64,000 nucleotides of DNA from Escherichia phage A221, in the sequence record ON862890.1; one strand, written 5' to 3'. Within the stretch, counting starts at the first letter, position 1, and every line of letters begins with the position of its first letter. Both the position numbers and the translations under genes were made by a program. The notes below the pieces were generated by a model. It searched no databases. It saw nothing but the letters and a program-made list of their open reading frames with translations, and was not told the origin of the DNA. Of this stretch, positions 1-9,475 are shown piece after piece.

Positions 1-90
1 GCCGACGCCTGGCGTGATGATTACGAAGCAGGCAAGACCCCTCGCCAGTCTTGGGAAGATGAATGGGGTTGGGAAGAACAAGAAGGATAA
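1..90 (+). CDS. 3' end of upstream gene (partial, acidic Trp-rich C-terminus)
   Basis: Open frame from window edge to TAA at 88-90; start lies outside window. Confidence 0.35.
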   Translation, partial: ADAWRDDYEAGKTPRQSWEDEWGWEEQEG

Positions 91-150
91 CAGTTTCAAT
101 AACGGGGCGAGAGGTATTATTGCCCCGTCTACTTATCCGAGGGTTGTACC

Positions 151-375
151 ATGTACTTGAAAAAGATCGTGAAGAAGCCGAAAGCCGGTGTTGCCGAGGT
201 GTGCCTCATCGAGGTTTACGTTGATTCTTGTAACAATGAGCAGTGTTACTTCATGGTCGAGACGATGGTGTATGTTCCAGCCTCTCACCTGAACCGTGAT
301 TTCGTCACAACCGAAAATGTCGTCCGCTGGGAGATTGCAACGCAGTCCGATATCGACGAACACAACATTCTTTGA
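151..375 (+). CDS. hypothetical protein (74 aa)
   Basis: ORF track; GAGGG 7 nt upstream of ATG; preceded by GC hairpin 102-128. Confidence 0.4.
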   Translation: MYLKKIVKKPKAGVAEVCLIEVYVDSCNNEQCYFMVETMVYVPASHLNRDFVTTENVVRWEIATQSDIDEHNIL

Positions 376-392
376 AAGGAAGGATCTATATC

Positions 393-836
393 ATGTGTGA
401 TAAGAATTTCATTTTCATTAGTCCCGCCAAGAAACAGTTCTTCCGTAGCTCCGTTGGGGACAAGGTGGAAGGTTTCCGTAAATTCAAAGATTATCGCCTG
501 GCATGCGGTGATGTTGATTTTCAGAGCTTCGACAATGATCGCCAGGATTTGAACGATGAGGGTTGGACAGAAGTTCCATCCCCACAGTTTATCGATGTCA
601 AGCTGTACTACATGAAGGACAGTGGGAAGTATTATTCAGAGGGTGTGATCAAAATCAACCGTGGGGAGGCCGAGGCCGAACCTGCTAAGTCCTGGATGGA
701 GACTGTGGATAAAATCCGCTATCTGCTCGACTCAGGCAATTTGCCTGGTTTGGTTAAAGGTGCCCGGTACGAGGTCTTCGTGACCGGAGAAGGGCATCCA
801 GGTGGTTATCCACAACTGTTCCGCATTAACAACTGA
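393..836 (+). CDS. hypothetical protein (147 aa)
   Basis: Internal ATG of ORF 372-836 chosen because it carries the conserved AGGA-TCTATATC-ATG initiation motif. Confidence 0.5.
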   Translation: MCDKNFIFISPAKKQFFRSSVGDKVEGFRKFKDYRLACGDVDFQSFDNDRQDLNDEGWTEVPSPQFIDVKLYYMKDSGKYYSEGVIKINRGEAEAEPAKSWMETVDKIRYLLDSGNLPGLVKGARYEVFVTGEGHPGGYPQLFRINN

Positions 837-844
837 GGTCAAAC

Positions 845-1081
845 ATGATTATCAAAAAGATCGGCGCAAGTCCTCTCACTGGTACTATATTCCAGGGCAG
901 GTTGAACACCAAAACCAGCATGTGGGTTGGTGAGAAGACCGACGTGACAGATGACTGTGTGGCAGCTGTAGCCGAACACTTGCGTCACATCAAGAAAGAC
1001 TATTGCTTCCCAACGACGGATGGTAAGTTTCTGGTGCTGAGCGCCGAGGTTCACGACACCCTTCCTGATCGCTTCAAATAA
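845..1081 (+). CDS. hypothetical protein (78 aa)
   Basis: ORF track; GAGG upstream of ATG. Confidence 0.45.
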   Translation: MIIKKIGASPLTGTIFQGRLNTKTSMWVGEKTDVTDDCVAAVAEHLRHIKKDYCFPTTDGKFLVLSAEVHDTLPDRFK

Positions 1082-1101
1082 ATTTTAAATTTATTCAATA
1101 A

Positions 1102-1130
1102 ACGGGGTTTAATTCTTCAATAAACCCCGT
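1102..1130 (+). other. GC-rich hairpin (9-bp stem ACGGGGTTT/AAACCCCGT) overlapping promoter
   Basis: Inverted repeat read directly; no clear T-run so terminator function uncertain. Confidence 0.45.
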
Positions 1131-1135
1131 ATACT
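1107..1135 (+). promoter_or_regulatory. sigma70-like early promoter (GTTTAA-N17-TATACT)
   Basis: Matches the recurring TTTACT-N17-TATACT family; followed by conserved leader element. Confidence 0.4.
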
Positions 1136-1282
1136 TCATTCCATAAGCAGCACAACACTGACTTGAAATGAAGGAACTATCACCACTCTCGTTACAAAGT
1201 AACATTGCAGCAATTTGTTCTAAACCTTTGAACAGGGTATGTTAACCACATACCCTATCCCCTACAAATAGAGGACTTTATC

Positions 1283-1603
1283 ATGGCTAACAGCATCCCG
1301 ATTTTAGAAGCGGTCGTAAAAGAGAACCCTCGTGCGCGCAAACCACGTCGCCGCCTGACCACCAAGCTGGATCTTCTGAAACAGAAGTTCGGCGACCACA
1401 GTGTGTTCACTCGCATTCGAAATGCAATAAAGGAAGGGCGAACTGAGCTGGAGCTATATCGACCGAACGGTTCGACACGCGCGTATCAGACCACTGACGG
1501 CTTACTGGAACTGATCCGCCTGAGCGGGATGACGATCGAACCTCGTTCGTCAGGTACTCCTCTGTGCTCCCTGTACGTAATCGGCAATCTTGGGGCGCTG
1601 TGA
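1283..1603 (+). CDS. hypothetical protein (106 aa, basic N-terminus)
   Basis: ORF track; AGAGGAC-TTTATC-ATG initiation region. Confidence 0.5.
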   Translation: MANSIPILEAVVKENPRARKPRRRLTTKLDLLKQKFGDHSVFTRIRNAIKEGRTELELYRPNGSTRAYQTTDGLLELIRLSGMTIEPRSSGTPLCSLYVIGNLGAL

Positions 1604-1607
1604 TTCT

Positions 1608-2030
1608 ATGAAGAAGTATATCGTTCTCATTACGGGTTCCCGCTCAATCACCGAGCGGGATAAGGTATTCGCCAAGCTGGACGAACTCTTGGATCCTCGT
1701 GAGGTCTATACACTGATTGAGGGTGAAGCCTCTGGTGTAGACAAGATTTGCCGTGATTGGGCTGAAATCAATTATGTTCATATCACTCCTATGCCAATAC
1801 CTCCGAGCTATTATGAAAAGTATGGGAAAGGGATGGGCAACAAACGCAATCAGGACATGTTAGACAAGGCATTGGATCTCGTCAGACAGACCAAGCTGGA
1901 AGTGTATCCGATTGCGATGTGGGATGGTTCGTCCACTGGCACCCTGGACATGATCAACCGTTGCAAGAAAGCTGGCCTCCCTGTGGATATCACTCTAATG
2001 GGTAAGCCGAAGACCAAGCGCCTTTTGTAA
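1608..2030 (+). CDS. hypothetical protein (140 aa), possible Rossmann-like nucleotide-binding fold
   Basis: Internal ATG just after upstream stop; motifs ITGSRS and GEASGVD are suggestive only. Confidence 0.45.
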   Translation: MKKYIVLITGSRSITERDKVFAKLDELLDPREVYTLIEGEASGVDKICRDWAEINYVHITPMPIPPSYYEKYGKGMGNKRNQDMLDKALDLVRQTKLEVYPIAMWDGSSTGTLDMINRCKKAGLPVDITLMGKPKTKRLL

Positions 2031-2070
2031 CATACCATAAATAATTGAATACACACAGCGGAGATACATC

Positions 2071-2241
2071 ATGTTTGTCGTCATCAATCTGTTCTGTTAT
2101 ATCTTCACGGCGTACTTCTTGGGCGCGGTAGGGATCGAGACCTACAATGACCTGAAGGATGGGGAATACGCCAACCGAATGGTTTATGTCAAGAAGTTTG
2201 TTCGTAAGTTCTGGTCCAACTTCGTTTACAAACTACCATGA
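2071..2241 (+). CDS. small hydrophobic protein (56 aa)
   Basis: Translated by hand: MFVVINLFCYIFTAYFLGAVG...; GGAG 8 nt upstream; stop overlaps next ATG (ATGA). Confidence 0.35.
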   Translation: MFVVINLFCYIFTAYFLGAVGIETYNDLKDGEYANRMVYVKKFVRKFWSNFVYKLP

Positions 2242-3008
2242 TCCCTAAATACCCCCATCATCCATGGGGGTATTTTCTTATGAACGCACAGATCTATGAC
2301 GCCCTATCACAGGGCAACGCCTTTACCAATCCTCTCCCGTCCCTCAGCAGCGCCTCACAGGGGTTAATCACCAGTGGTAAGGCGACTACAGCGTCACTGG
2401 CTAACACCGGAAATGCGCAGATTCAGGAAGCGCTGACGGCAGGTGGGTTGACTACAGCCAAACTCAACGAATCTACAGCAATGTTCAACTCAGCCAACAA
2501 CAGCATCACTACTTTGAACAACTATGGCGACCAGTCAGTGAAAGAGGCATATTCCCGCATCGGTACATCTGTGTCGTATAAGTCCGCCCTGAAGTCTATA
2601 GGTCGAGAACCGAACAACTGTGATCTGATCAATAATGCATTTGGGGTTATTCAGAACCTCGGCAAACAGTGGATCAACACCATGCAAAGTGTTCTCACAA
2701 CTATCACAAACAAGATGAATGAGCTGGCTGAGTTGGTAGCTCAGGGCGTCGGTGCTGGTCTTGATGCTATTCAGGCACTGGCTGCTGAAGTTACTCAAGC
2801 CATCGACACCGCTGTCGCATCAGTAGCCTCTATTGCTCAGGACATCACGAACGGTATTGCAGCAGAGTTAGCCCATATCCAAGACATGGTTGGTAAGTGT
2901 CTTAACTTCTCTTTTGCCAACGTGATCTCAGAGTGGGCGAAAGATATCTGCGCCGGAGGTGTCATCAACAGCATTGGTTCCGATAATCTGAAGAACGCAC
3001 TGAAGTAA
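2238..3008 (+). CDS. hypothetical protein (256 aa, Ala/Ser/Thr/Asn-rich)
   Basis: ORF track; translationally coupled to upstream small ORF. Confidence 0.45.
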   Translation: MIPKYPHHPWGYFLMNAQIYDALSQGNAFTNPLPSLSSASQGLITSGKATTASLANTGNAQIQEALTAGGLTTAKLNESTAMFNSANNSITTLNNYGDQSVKEAYSRIGTSVSYKSALKSIGREPNNCDLINNAFGVIQNLGKQWINTMQSVLTTITNKMNELAELVAQGVGAGLDAIQALAAEVTQAIDTAVASVASIAQDITNGIAAELAHIQDMVGKCLNFSFANVISEWAKDICAGGVINSIGSDNLKNALK

Positions 3009-3416
3009 TCAGTGCTCCCGCGCCGGAAGAACTCCCACTGGTTCGATGCCATCCAACAGCAGGGAGTTCACACCCACATTACTCAGTCTGATCAAGATCG
3101 TTCCCCCTGGGTTAACTTCAAAGATACTCATCCCATTTCCAACCGCGTCGTTGTTAACGAACACGCCCTGAGTTGCGATTCGTACTGGTTTATCTGTGTC
3201 ATTCATGATCTTGAACGTCACGATTATATCCGATGTTGTACCCAGTCGTCCAACCATGCGTTGCTTCAGCTTGGCGTAGAATGATGGATTAAAGGTGATA
3301 ATGATGCTGTTGTTCTGAGAGTAATAAATACTTGCTGAAATGTATGGTATCTTCCCTTCATCGCCATGCCGCAGGAGAGGAATTGTGGTCTTCCAGTATG
3401 GCTTGAGGGTGCTCAT
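3009..3416 (-). CDS. hypothetical protein (135 aa)
   Basis: C-terminal 135 codons of minus ORF 3009-3824 look protein-like; start chosen at internal Met (alternative 3488); upstream part looks like antisense junk. Confidence 0.3.
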   Translation of the reverse strand: MSTLKPYWKTTIPLLRHGDEGKIPYISASIYYSQNNSIIITFNPSFYAKLKQRMVGRLGTTSDIIVTFKIMNDTDKPVRIATQGVFVNNDAVGNGMSIFEVNPGGTILIRLSNVGVNSLLLDGIEPVGVLPAREH

Positions 3417-3687
3417 GTTCTCATCAAAGCAACCTAAAGGTACGAGTTTCTGGAAGGGCTGGAACTCTTGCACGATGATGTCCAGCATACCCTTGTCACA
3501 AGTAGGAACGCTGGCCGACAACGTCACAGGTACAGTGCGCACTTCTGGGTTCCAGAATTCGGAAACAGAAATTATTGGCGTGACAAAGATGCGACAGCTC
3601 GTAAACAAGAGCATCGAGCATGCCAACAACAATCTACTGATCCCGCGCATCAGGGTCACAACATATCTCCACAGCAAAGGTGCTATT

Positions 3688-4200
3688 ATGTCCAACGTAC
3701 AATTCAAGAACGAAAACCCTAATTTCGCGGCGTCCGATAAGTGGCGTCTGACTATCGGAGACCTTATACTCCTAACCCGTAACATACACGACTTCAGTAT
3801 ACCAGGAGTGTACTCCGAAGGCATCGATGGTCCGTCTCCTGGTGACGTGTTGGTTTCTATACCTTCAGAGCGTTTAACCTATGACCCCGTAGTATTTACT
3901 TTCGTTATAGACGAGGACTGGAAATCATGGTTACAGATCCACCAATGGATTACCAGCAACGTCGGCAAGGATTTGCCTGTCAGCAAGGACATTACCATTG
4001 AATTGCTGGATAACCTCAACCGACCGATTGGCCTCACTCTCGTGCTGGAGGAAGCCCGCCCGACTGCTTTGGACAACGTACTGGTGGACGTAGACGCGGC
4101 TGTACCTCAGCTGGTGACGACAGTGACCTTCAAGTTCCAACAGCTGGTTCCACTATCTGGTGGGAAGGCGATTGATTCTAATCCGCAAAATGCGGTATAA
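3688..4200 (+). CDS. hypothetical protein (170 aa)
   Basis: Distal part of ORF 3340-4200 from internal Met (MSNVQFKNEN...); alternative start 3589. Confidence 0.4.
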   Translation: MSNVQFKNENPNFAASDKWRLTIGDLILLTRNIHDFSIPGVYSEGIDGPSPGDVLVSIPSERLTYDPVVFTFVIDEDWKSWLQIHQWITSNVGKDLPVSKDITIELLDNLNRPIGLTLVLEEARPTALDNVLVDVDAAVPQLVTTVTFKFQQLVPLSGGKAIDSNPQNAV

Positions 4201-4230
4201 TTCTATGACATTGACAAGCTGGGATATTTT

Positions 4231-4683
4231 ATGAAAGAACAACTACAGACAATGGCTACCGAGGACATCATGAACGAACTGGAGCCGCTGATCACAGTGG
4301 ACCCAGAAGACATGAACCTTGACCAGATCTCACTGAAAATCGGGCGCTCTTGGATGGCTGTGCAGCGGCATTATCTGCGCGAGGGGCGTTATCTTGAATT
4401 TCTCAACGGGCGCTTCCGCCAGATCGATCTCTATCTGCGCCGCTACTATGCAGGGGAGTTACCCCCTAACATCTACGCAGAGCGCCCCCTGAAGGTTCGC
4501 CCCCTGAAGTCTGACCTAGATACATGGGTCAAAGCGGACGATGACTATGTGGAGTTGTCTGTTCTGTTACAAGAACAAAAAGCAAAAGTCAAGTTCATAG
4601 AGACTTGTTTGGATCGCCTAAACAAACTGGGATACGAAGTGAAAAATGCTATTGAGTGGAGAAAATATATTGATGGTGTATAA
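4231..4683 (+). CDS. hypothetical protein (150 aa)
   Basis: ORF track. Confidence 0.5.
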   Translation: MKEQLQTMATEDIMNELEPLITVDPEDMNLDQISLKIGRSWMAVQRHYLREGRYLEFLNGRFRQIDLYLRRYYAGELPPNIYAERPLKVRPLKSDLDTWVKADDDYVELSVLLQEQKAKVKFIETCLDRLNKLGYEVKNAIEWRKYIDGV

Positions 4684-4698
4684 CGAGGATCACACATA

Positions 4699-5445
4699 AT
4701 GGCATCTCTCCAGGATCTACGCAAGCTGAATGACTTCGAAAACCGTCATTACACATTTCAGCAATACGAACTTCCTCATAAGGAACTGGAGTGTGTTACG
4801 ACGGAGAATGGTCGTCATTACGTTTCACCGTCTGGTGTAAAACTGACATCCGTCACGACTATGCTGGGGCGCACTGGAGATCATGAATGGCTTGAGTCTT
4901 GGAGGAAGAAGCTGGGCGCAGAGGCCGCTGACCTTGAGACCATGCGCTGTGCTGACCGAGGGGAGAAGCTGCACCTTGCGTGTGAACTGTATCTAAAGAA
5001 CCGCCCAATGAAAGAAGTGTTGGAAGCGGCTGGCGAATACATGTTCATGTTCAAGCAGCTGTTCCCTTACCTGAACAAGATGACAAAGATCTATGCTCAG
5101 GAGATCCCATTATATAGTGAGGTGCTTGGTCTTGCAGGTCGTGTAGACCTTATCGGGGTTTATGAGGGTAAACCTGCTGTCATCGACTTCAAGACATCGA
5201 ACACCATGAAGACGCGGGGCATGATCGAGGATTACAGTATCCAGCTGTGCTTATATTCGGTCATGTTCCAGCAGATGTTCGGCGTCAAGATCACCCGCCT
5301 CATCAACGTGATTGCCAACGAGTCTTCCCCTCTACCAACCGTCATTGAGTTCAACCGTGATGACATTCTGACAAAGATGTTTGAGCGTGTTCGTCTGTAT
5401 CATCGCATGGATAAAGAACAAAACGGAGTCTGGCCGGATCACTAA
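4699..5445 (+). CDS. PD-(D/E)xK-type nuclease (RecB/Cas4-like fold)
   Basis: GAGGA RBS; motif GRVDLIG...VIDFKTS resembles D...(I/V)DxK nuclease core. Confidence 0.5.
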   Translation: MASLQDLRKLNDFENRHYTFQQYELPHKELECVTTENGRHYVSPSGVKLTSVTTMLGRTGDHEWLESWRKKLGAEAADLETMRCADRGEKLHLACELYLKNRPMKEVLEAAGEYMFMFKQLFPYLNKMTKIYAQEIPLYSEVLGLAGRVDLIGVYEGKPAVIDFKTSNTMKTRGMIEDYSIQLCLYSVMFQQMFGVKITRLINVIANESSPLPTVIEFNRDDILTKMFERVRLYHRMDKEQNGVWPDH

Positions 5446-5473
5446 ATACCCCATAATCCTTGGGAGATTTTGT

Positions 5474-6982
5474 ATGGCAGACATTCAGATTGTTAAGGTT
5501 AACGAAGTCCGCATGCGTTGCATCGCAGATCTTTCTATCAGGGAAGAACTTAATGACTACTTCAAATTCGAAGACCCGAACTTCGTTCCCAACCCCTTCT
5601 CTAAATGGGACGGGGTTGTCCGCCTATTTACCAAGTCATCTGGTCTAATCGATATCGGTCTGCTGTTTGAGGTATTTAAGTTCTGTAAGAACAACGGATA
5701 CACCATTGAACTGGATCCGGCACTGAAGTACATTCAGGACATCCCAGATGAAGAAATCCGTGAATTCATCGACAGTCTGCATCCAAAGATCCGTACCGAA
5801 AATCACGAATATATCGATGCCGAGACTCGTGACTACCAGTATGACACCATCGCCAAGGCTATGCGTCAAACCAGATGCGTCTGTGAACTGGCTACGAGTG
5901 CCGGTAAGTCCTTTATTCTGTATGTCATGGCGCGGTACTACAGGCGGCGCAGAGAAGCTCTCGAAAGTCCTCTGAAGACGCTTATCGTGGTGCCGTCAAT
6001 CCACTTAGTCACTCAGCTGTACGACAACTTCGAAGAGTATGCGCATGGCAGTGATTGGAAGCCCGTTGTTAACACCCAGCTGATTTTTGAGGGCGCGACA
6101 AAGGAGATCAGCAAACCAATCGTCATCAGTACATGGCAAGGCATTCAAGATCAGCCGAAGGAATGGTTCCACCAGTTCGGTGATATCGTGGTGGATGAAG
6201 TGCACACCTCCAAGTCTGAGAAACTGTCTTACATCCTAAACAACTGCATCTATGCCGACCAGCGCCTGGGGGTTACAGGTACGCTGGCGAATACCAAAGT
6301 TGCCGGGCTTCAGGTGGTGGCTCACTTCGGGGCGTACCATAAGATCATCACGGCTCGCGATCTCATCAATCTCGGGTACGCCACTGACATCAAAGTGAAG
6401 ATGATTCAGCTGAAGCACACTCCGGCGGATGCTGTTGGTCTGGACGGGGATTATTCCAAGGAAATAGAATACCTCATTACACACCAGTCCCGCAACGAAC
6501 TGATCGCCAAGATGGCACTGAATCTGAAAGGAAACGTGGCCATCATGTTCGAGCGTATTGATGGTCACATGATGGTCGTGTATGATATGCTGAGCGCAGT
6601 CAAGCCCAACGTGTTTGTCATCAACGGGGAAGTGAAGATCGAAGACCGCCGCCGCATACAGAAAGCGATGGAGGATGGAGAGGACATCACCCTGTTGGCA
6701 TCATACGGGACAATGCAGCAGGGAGTGTCGATCAAGAAGCTACACCACCTTGTACTGGCACACCCGAGCAAGTCATATATCCGCGTCATACAGACATTGG
6801 GTCGTCTGATGCGTCAGCACTCCTCTAAGGACGTCGCGTGGATATGGGACTTAGTGGATGATGCATCGTACAACGCCAGCACGAACCACGCTCTTAGGCA
6901 CTCTCACGAGCGTTACAAGTTTTACCTGGCAGAGCGCCACCCTGTGGAATTCATGAAGGTGGCGCTGGGTAATCACGATTAA
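5474..6982 (+). CDS. uvsW: UvsW-type SF2 DNA helicase
   Basis: Internal ATG with GGGAG RBS; motifs WDGVVRLF, TSAGKS (Walker A), VVDEVH, KKLHHLVLAH, VWDLVDD match T4 UvsW. Confidence 0.85.
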   Translation: MADIQIVKVNEVRMRCIADLSIREELNDYFKFEDPNFVPNPFSKWDGVVRLFTKSSGLIDIGLLFEVFKFCKNNGYTIELDPALKYIQDIPDEEIREFIDSLHPKIRTENHEYIDAETRDYQYDTIAKAMRQTRCVCELATSAGKSFILYVMARYYRRRREALESPLKTLIVVPSIHLVTQLYDNFEEYAHGSDWKPVVNTQLIFEGATKEISKPIVISTWQGIQDQPKEWFHQFGDIVVDEVHTSKSEKLSYILNNCIYADQRLGVTGTLANTKVAGLQVVAHFGAYHKIITARDLINLGYATDIKVKMIQLKHTPADAVGLDGDYSKEIEYLITHQSRNELIAKMALNLKGNVAIMFERIDGHMMVVYDMLSAVKPNVFVINGEVKIEDRRRIQKAMEDGEDITLLASYGTMQQGVSIKKLHHLVLAHPSKSYIRVIQTLGRLMRQHSSKDVAWIWDLVDDASYNASTNHALRHSHERYKFYLAERHPVEFMKVALGNHD

Positions 6983-7350
6983 TCTTGATTCACATAGGCG
7001 GGGGTGGCCTCGCCTTCATCAGTTACTACACCGAACAATTTGTCCAGAGAAGCCAGACATTGTGAGTTCAGGTGTTCACTGATCGTATCCTTCAGCATTT
7101 GTTCGCTACCCAATTTGAATGGCAGAACCTTCGCTTCGATGCCGTTTTCAAACGTCACAACGCCAACATACAGACCAACTTTCAGGCCTGTCATCAAGCC
7201 AAGGGGGACAAATCGCGGCTCCGATGGTAAGTGCTTGTCTGACGCCAGCTGTGTCAGATAAACTGGGGTGCCTGTGATAAATTGACCTGTGGTGAGGTTG
7301 GCGTCTGGCTTACTACACCCGACTGCGTATAATCCTACGAACTGTTTCAT
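6979..7350 (-). CDS. hypothetical small protein (123 aa), possible lipoprotein
   Basis: Minus ORF more protein-like than overlapping plus ORF 7004-7261; N-terminal MKQFVGLYAVGC. Confidence 0.4.
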   Translation of the reverse strand: MKQFVGLYAVGCSKPDANLTTGQFITGTPVYLTQLASDKHLPSEPRFVPLGLMTGLKVGLYVGVVTFENGIEAKVLPFKLGSEQMLKDTISEHLNSQCLASLDKLFGVVTDEGEATPAYVNQD

Positions 7351-7541
7351 ATATTACTCTCGTGTGTTGGTTAACATGACATACATATTATTTCGCGTGC
7401 ATGTTTAGACCAAATAAATTATTTTTGCTGTTGAATAAAAACTGCTTTCTTGTTGAACAATGGCGTGGTATTATACGAGTTGTGAGCGTTAGCGAACAAC
7501 GAGTATTTGTTTTATGAGCGAAGCGAATAGGATTAATAAAG

Positions 7542-7598
7542 ATTATTATCTTTAATAAAGGTTATTATCTTTAATAAAGGTTATTATCTTTAATAAAG
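7542..7598. repeat. 3 tandem copies of a 19-bp unit GTTATTATCTTTAATAAAG with palindromic core CTTTAATAAAG
   Basis: Read directly; unit starts at 7543, 7562, 7581 in the 380-bp AT-rich region upstream of gp45. Confidence 0.8.
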
Positions 7599-7731
7599 TC
7601 CATAAATGCCGAAGGCATTTATTAATAACGCGTAGCGCAATTTGCCACTTGTTCTATAAGCAAAACACAGCGATACTAGATTGCGTCAAACATGACTTGA
7701 ACCCCCCACTATATTTTGAGGATACATACAA

Positions 7732-8400
7732 ATGCAAGAGATCACTCTCTCCGAACGTACACTTCAGTTGCTGGCCAACTTTGAGACCATCAACCCATCT
7801 ATCGTTCTGACACCGGGCAAGATGCTGCGCAGTATTAATGATTCTTCTACTGTGATCGCCGTGGCGCAGATCGAAGAAGACTTCCCGTTTGAGTTCCCGA
7901 TTCTGGACCTGACCAAACTTCTGGCCATCCAGCGCCTACCTTCCTTCAAAGGTGCCAAAGCCGAATTCCATCAGGACTACATCCTGTTGAAAGGCGAAAG
8001 TTCTCAGCTGCAATTCTGGCGTTCTGCTAAAGAACTCACTGTTGTTCCGGCTGACACCATTGAACTACCGTCTGTCGACTTTGAAGCGATCATCACTCCA
8101 GAGAAGATGAAAGAACTGACCCGCGCCTGTTCTACCCTCGGACACAAGACTGTGCGCCTGGTTGCTCAGGGTGGCAAAACTCGCCTGGTTGCAACCACCA
8201 CTACCCTGGACAACTCCAACAACTACACTGTTGAGCTGGGTGAAACCGCGCTGCCGGACTTCGTAATGCCGCTGGATGTTGCCAACCTGAAAATGATCGA
8301 AGGCAACTACACTCTGCGTGCATGTGCTGATCTACAGATGGTGAACTTCCAATCATCCGACGCGACGATCAATTACTTCGTCGGCGCACAGATTGAGTAA
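7732..8400 (+). CDS. 45: sliding clamp (gp45 family)
   Basis: 222 aa; N-terminal LLANFETINPSIVL and C-terminal ANLKMIEGNYTL resemble T4 gp45; sits before gp44/gp62. Confidence 0.85.
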   Translation: MQEITLSERTLQLLANFETINPSIVLTPGKMLRSINDSSTVIAVAQIEEDFPFEFPILDLTKLLAIQRLPSFKGAKAEFHQDYILLKGESSQLQFWRSAKELTVVPADTIELPSVDFEAIITPEKMKELTRACSTLGHKTVRLVAQGGKTRLVATTTTLDNSNNYTVELGETALPDFVMPLDVANLKMIEGNYTLRACADLQMVNFQSSDATINYFVGAQIE

Positions 8401-8481
8401 TCAATCTCCAGCCTGATGCTATAATGTGTGGGCGGGGGCGTTCCCCGCCTATTTGAAATGATTCTTCTACACGAGGCTGAA

Positions 8482-9471
8482 ATGTCTAATATCACAATTG
8501 TAAAAGACCAGTACGCTTGGGAAAACCGCTTCCGCCCTGACAACCTGGACGAGATTATCATCCCTCAAGACGTCCGCGCTAAAATCCATGGCTACATCAC
8601 CAGCGGTAACGGCAACATCCCGTCTATGCTGTTTTACTCCCCTCAGCCTGGTACTGGCAAGACCACTTCTGCTTTGGCCGTGTGTAATGAAATCGGTTGT
8701 AAGCAACCACTGATGATCAACGCATCCCTGGACAACAGCATTGACGTTATCCGTGACCGCGTGATTCAGTACTCTACTGGTGTGAGCGTATTCGGTGGCC
8801 GCAAAGTCGTTATCCTCGACGAAGTAGAGCGTCTGTCTATGGCGGCACAGGAGTCGCTGAAGGGTATTGTGGAGAAGGTCTCCAAGAACTGTTCATTCAT
8901 CCTGACCACCAACGCCAAGCAACGTGTGAACGAACCTCTGCGCTCTCGTTGCCGTGAAATCGACTTTATCTGGAATGAGACCGAGGCTGATGAGGTCAAA
9001 CTTCAGTTCATGCGCCGCTGTGCTGAAATCCTTCGCAGCGAAGGTGTTGAGTATGACCCTCCTGTGTTGGCTGCTATTGTCAAGCGCCATTTCCCTGATA
9101 ACCGCCGCATCATGGGTGTTCTACAGGATAACGTCACCACTTACGGCAAGATCGACGAACGTGCACTGGCTGTGTTAAAATCGGCCGATATGGGCATGTT
9201 GGTGAATATGTTGAAGGATAATGACTGGGCTGGGATGAAGCAGTGGGTGACCGACAACCAGAACTATATCACTGAAGACTTCTATTCCCGCTTCTTCCAG
9301 TTCTGTGTACCACAGGATAAAGAGAAGCAAATGTTGGTTCAGAATGAGTCTATCCCTGATCTGGTATGCGTGTGTGGTCAGTCTCAGATTGAACACCGTC
9401 AAGTCGGCGATGTCTGGCTGCATGCTGTGTTTTTCCTGACCAATGTCATGCTCAACATCAAGTGGAAGTGA
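8482..9471 (+). CDS. 44: clamp loader large subunit (gp44 family, AAA+)
   Basis: Internal ATG with GAGG RBS; Walker A PQPGTGKTT, Walker B VVILDEVE; follows gp45 as in T4. Confidence 0.85.
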   Translation: MSNITIVKDQYAWENRFRPDNLDEIIIPQDVRAKIHGYITSGNGNIPSMLFYSPQPGTGKTTSALAVCNEIGCKQPLMINASLDNSIDVIRDRVIQYSTGVSVFGGRKVVILDEVERLSMAAQESLKGIVEKVSKNCSFILTTNAKQRVNEPLRSRCREIDFIWNETEADEVKLQFMRRCAEILRSEGVEYDPPVLAAIVKRHFPDNRRIMGVLQDNVTTYGKIDERALAVLKSADMGMLVNMLKDNDWAGMKQWVTDNQNYITEDFYSRFFQFCVPQDKEKQMLVQNESIPDLVCVCGQSQIEHRQVGDVWLHAVFFLTNVMLNIKWK

Positions 9472-9475
9472 TATT

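Noticed and set aside
3340-3687. N-terminal extension of plus ORF 3340-4200
   Set aside because: The first 116 codons are Cys/Arg/Ser-rich and overlap a more protein-like minus ORF; only the distal part from 3688 was kept, with low confidence.
7004-7261. 85-aa plus-strand ORF
   Set aside because: Overlaps the more plausible minus gene 6979-7350 and has a junk-like Ser/Arg/Pro/Cys-rich sequence.
7542-7598. Possible CRISPR array
   Set aside because: Repeats are directly abutting 19-bp units with no spacers and only three copies, which fits an operator or iteron array instead.
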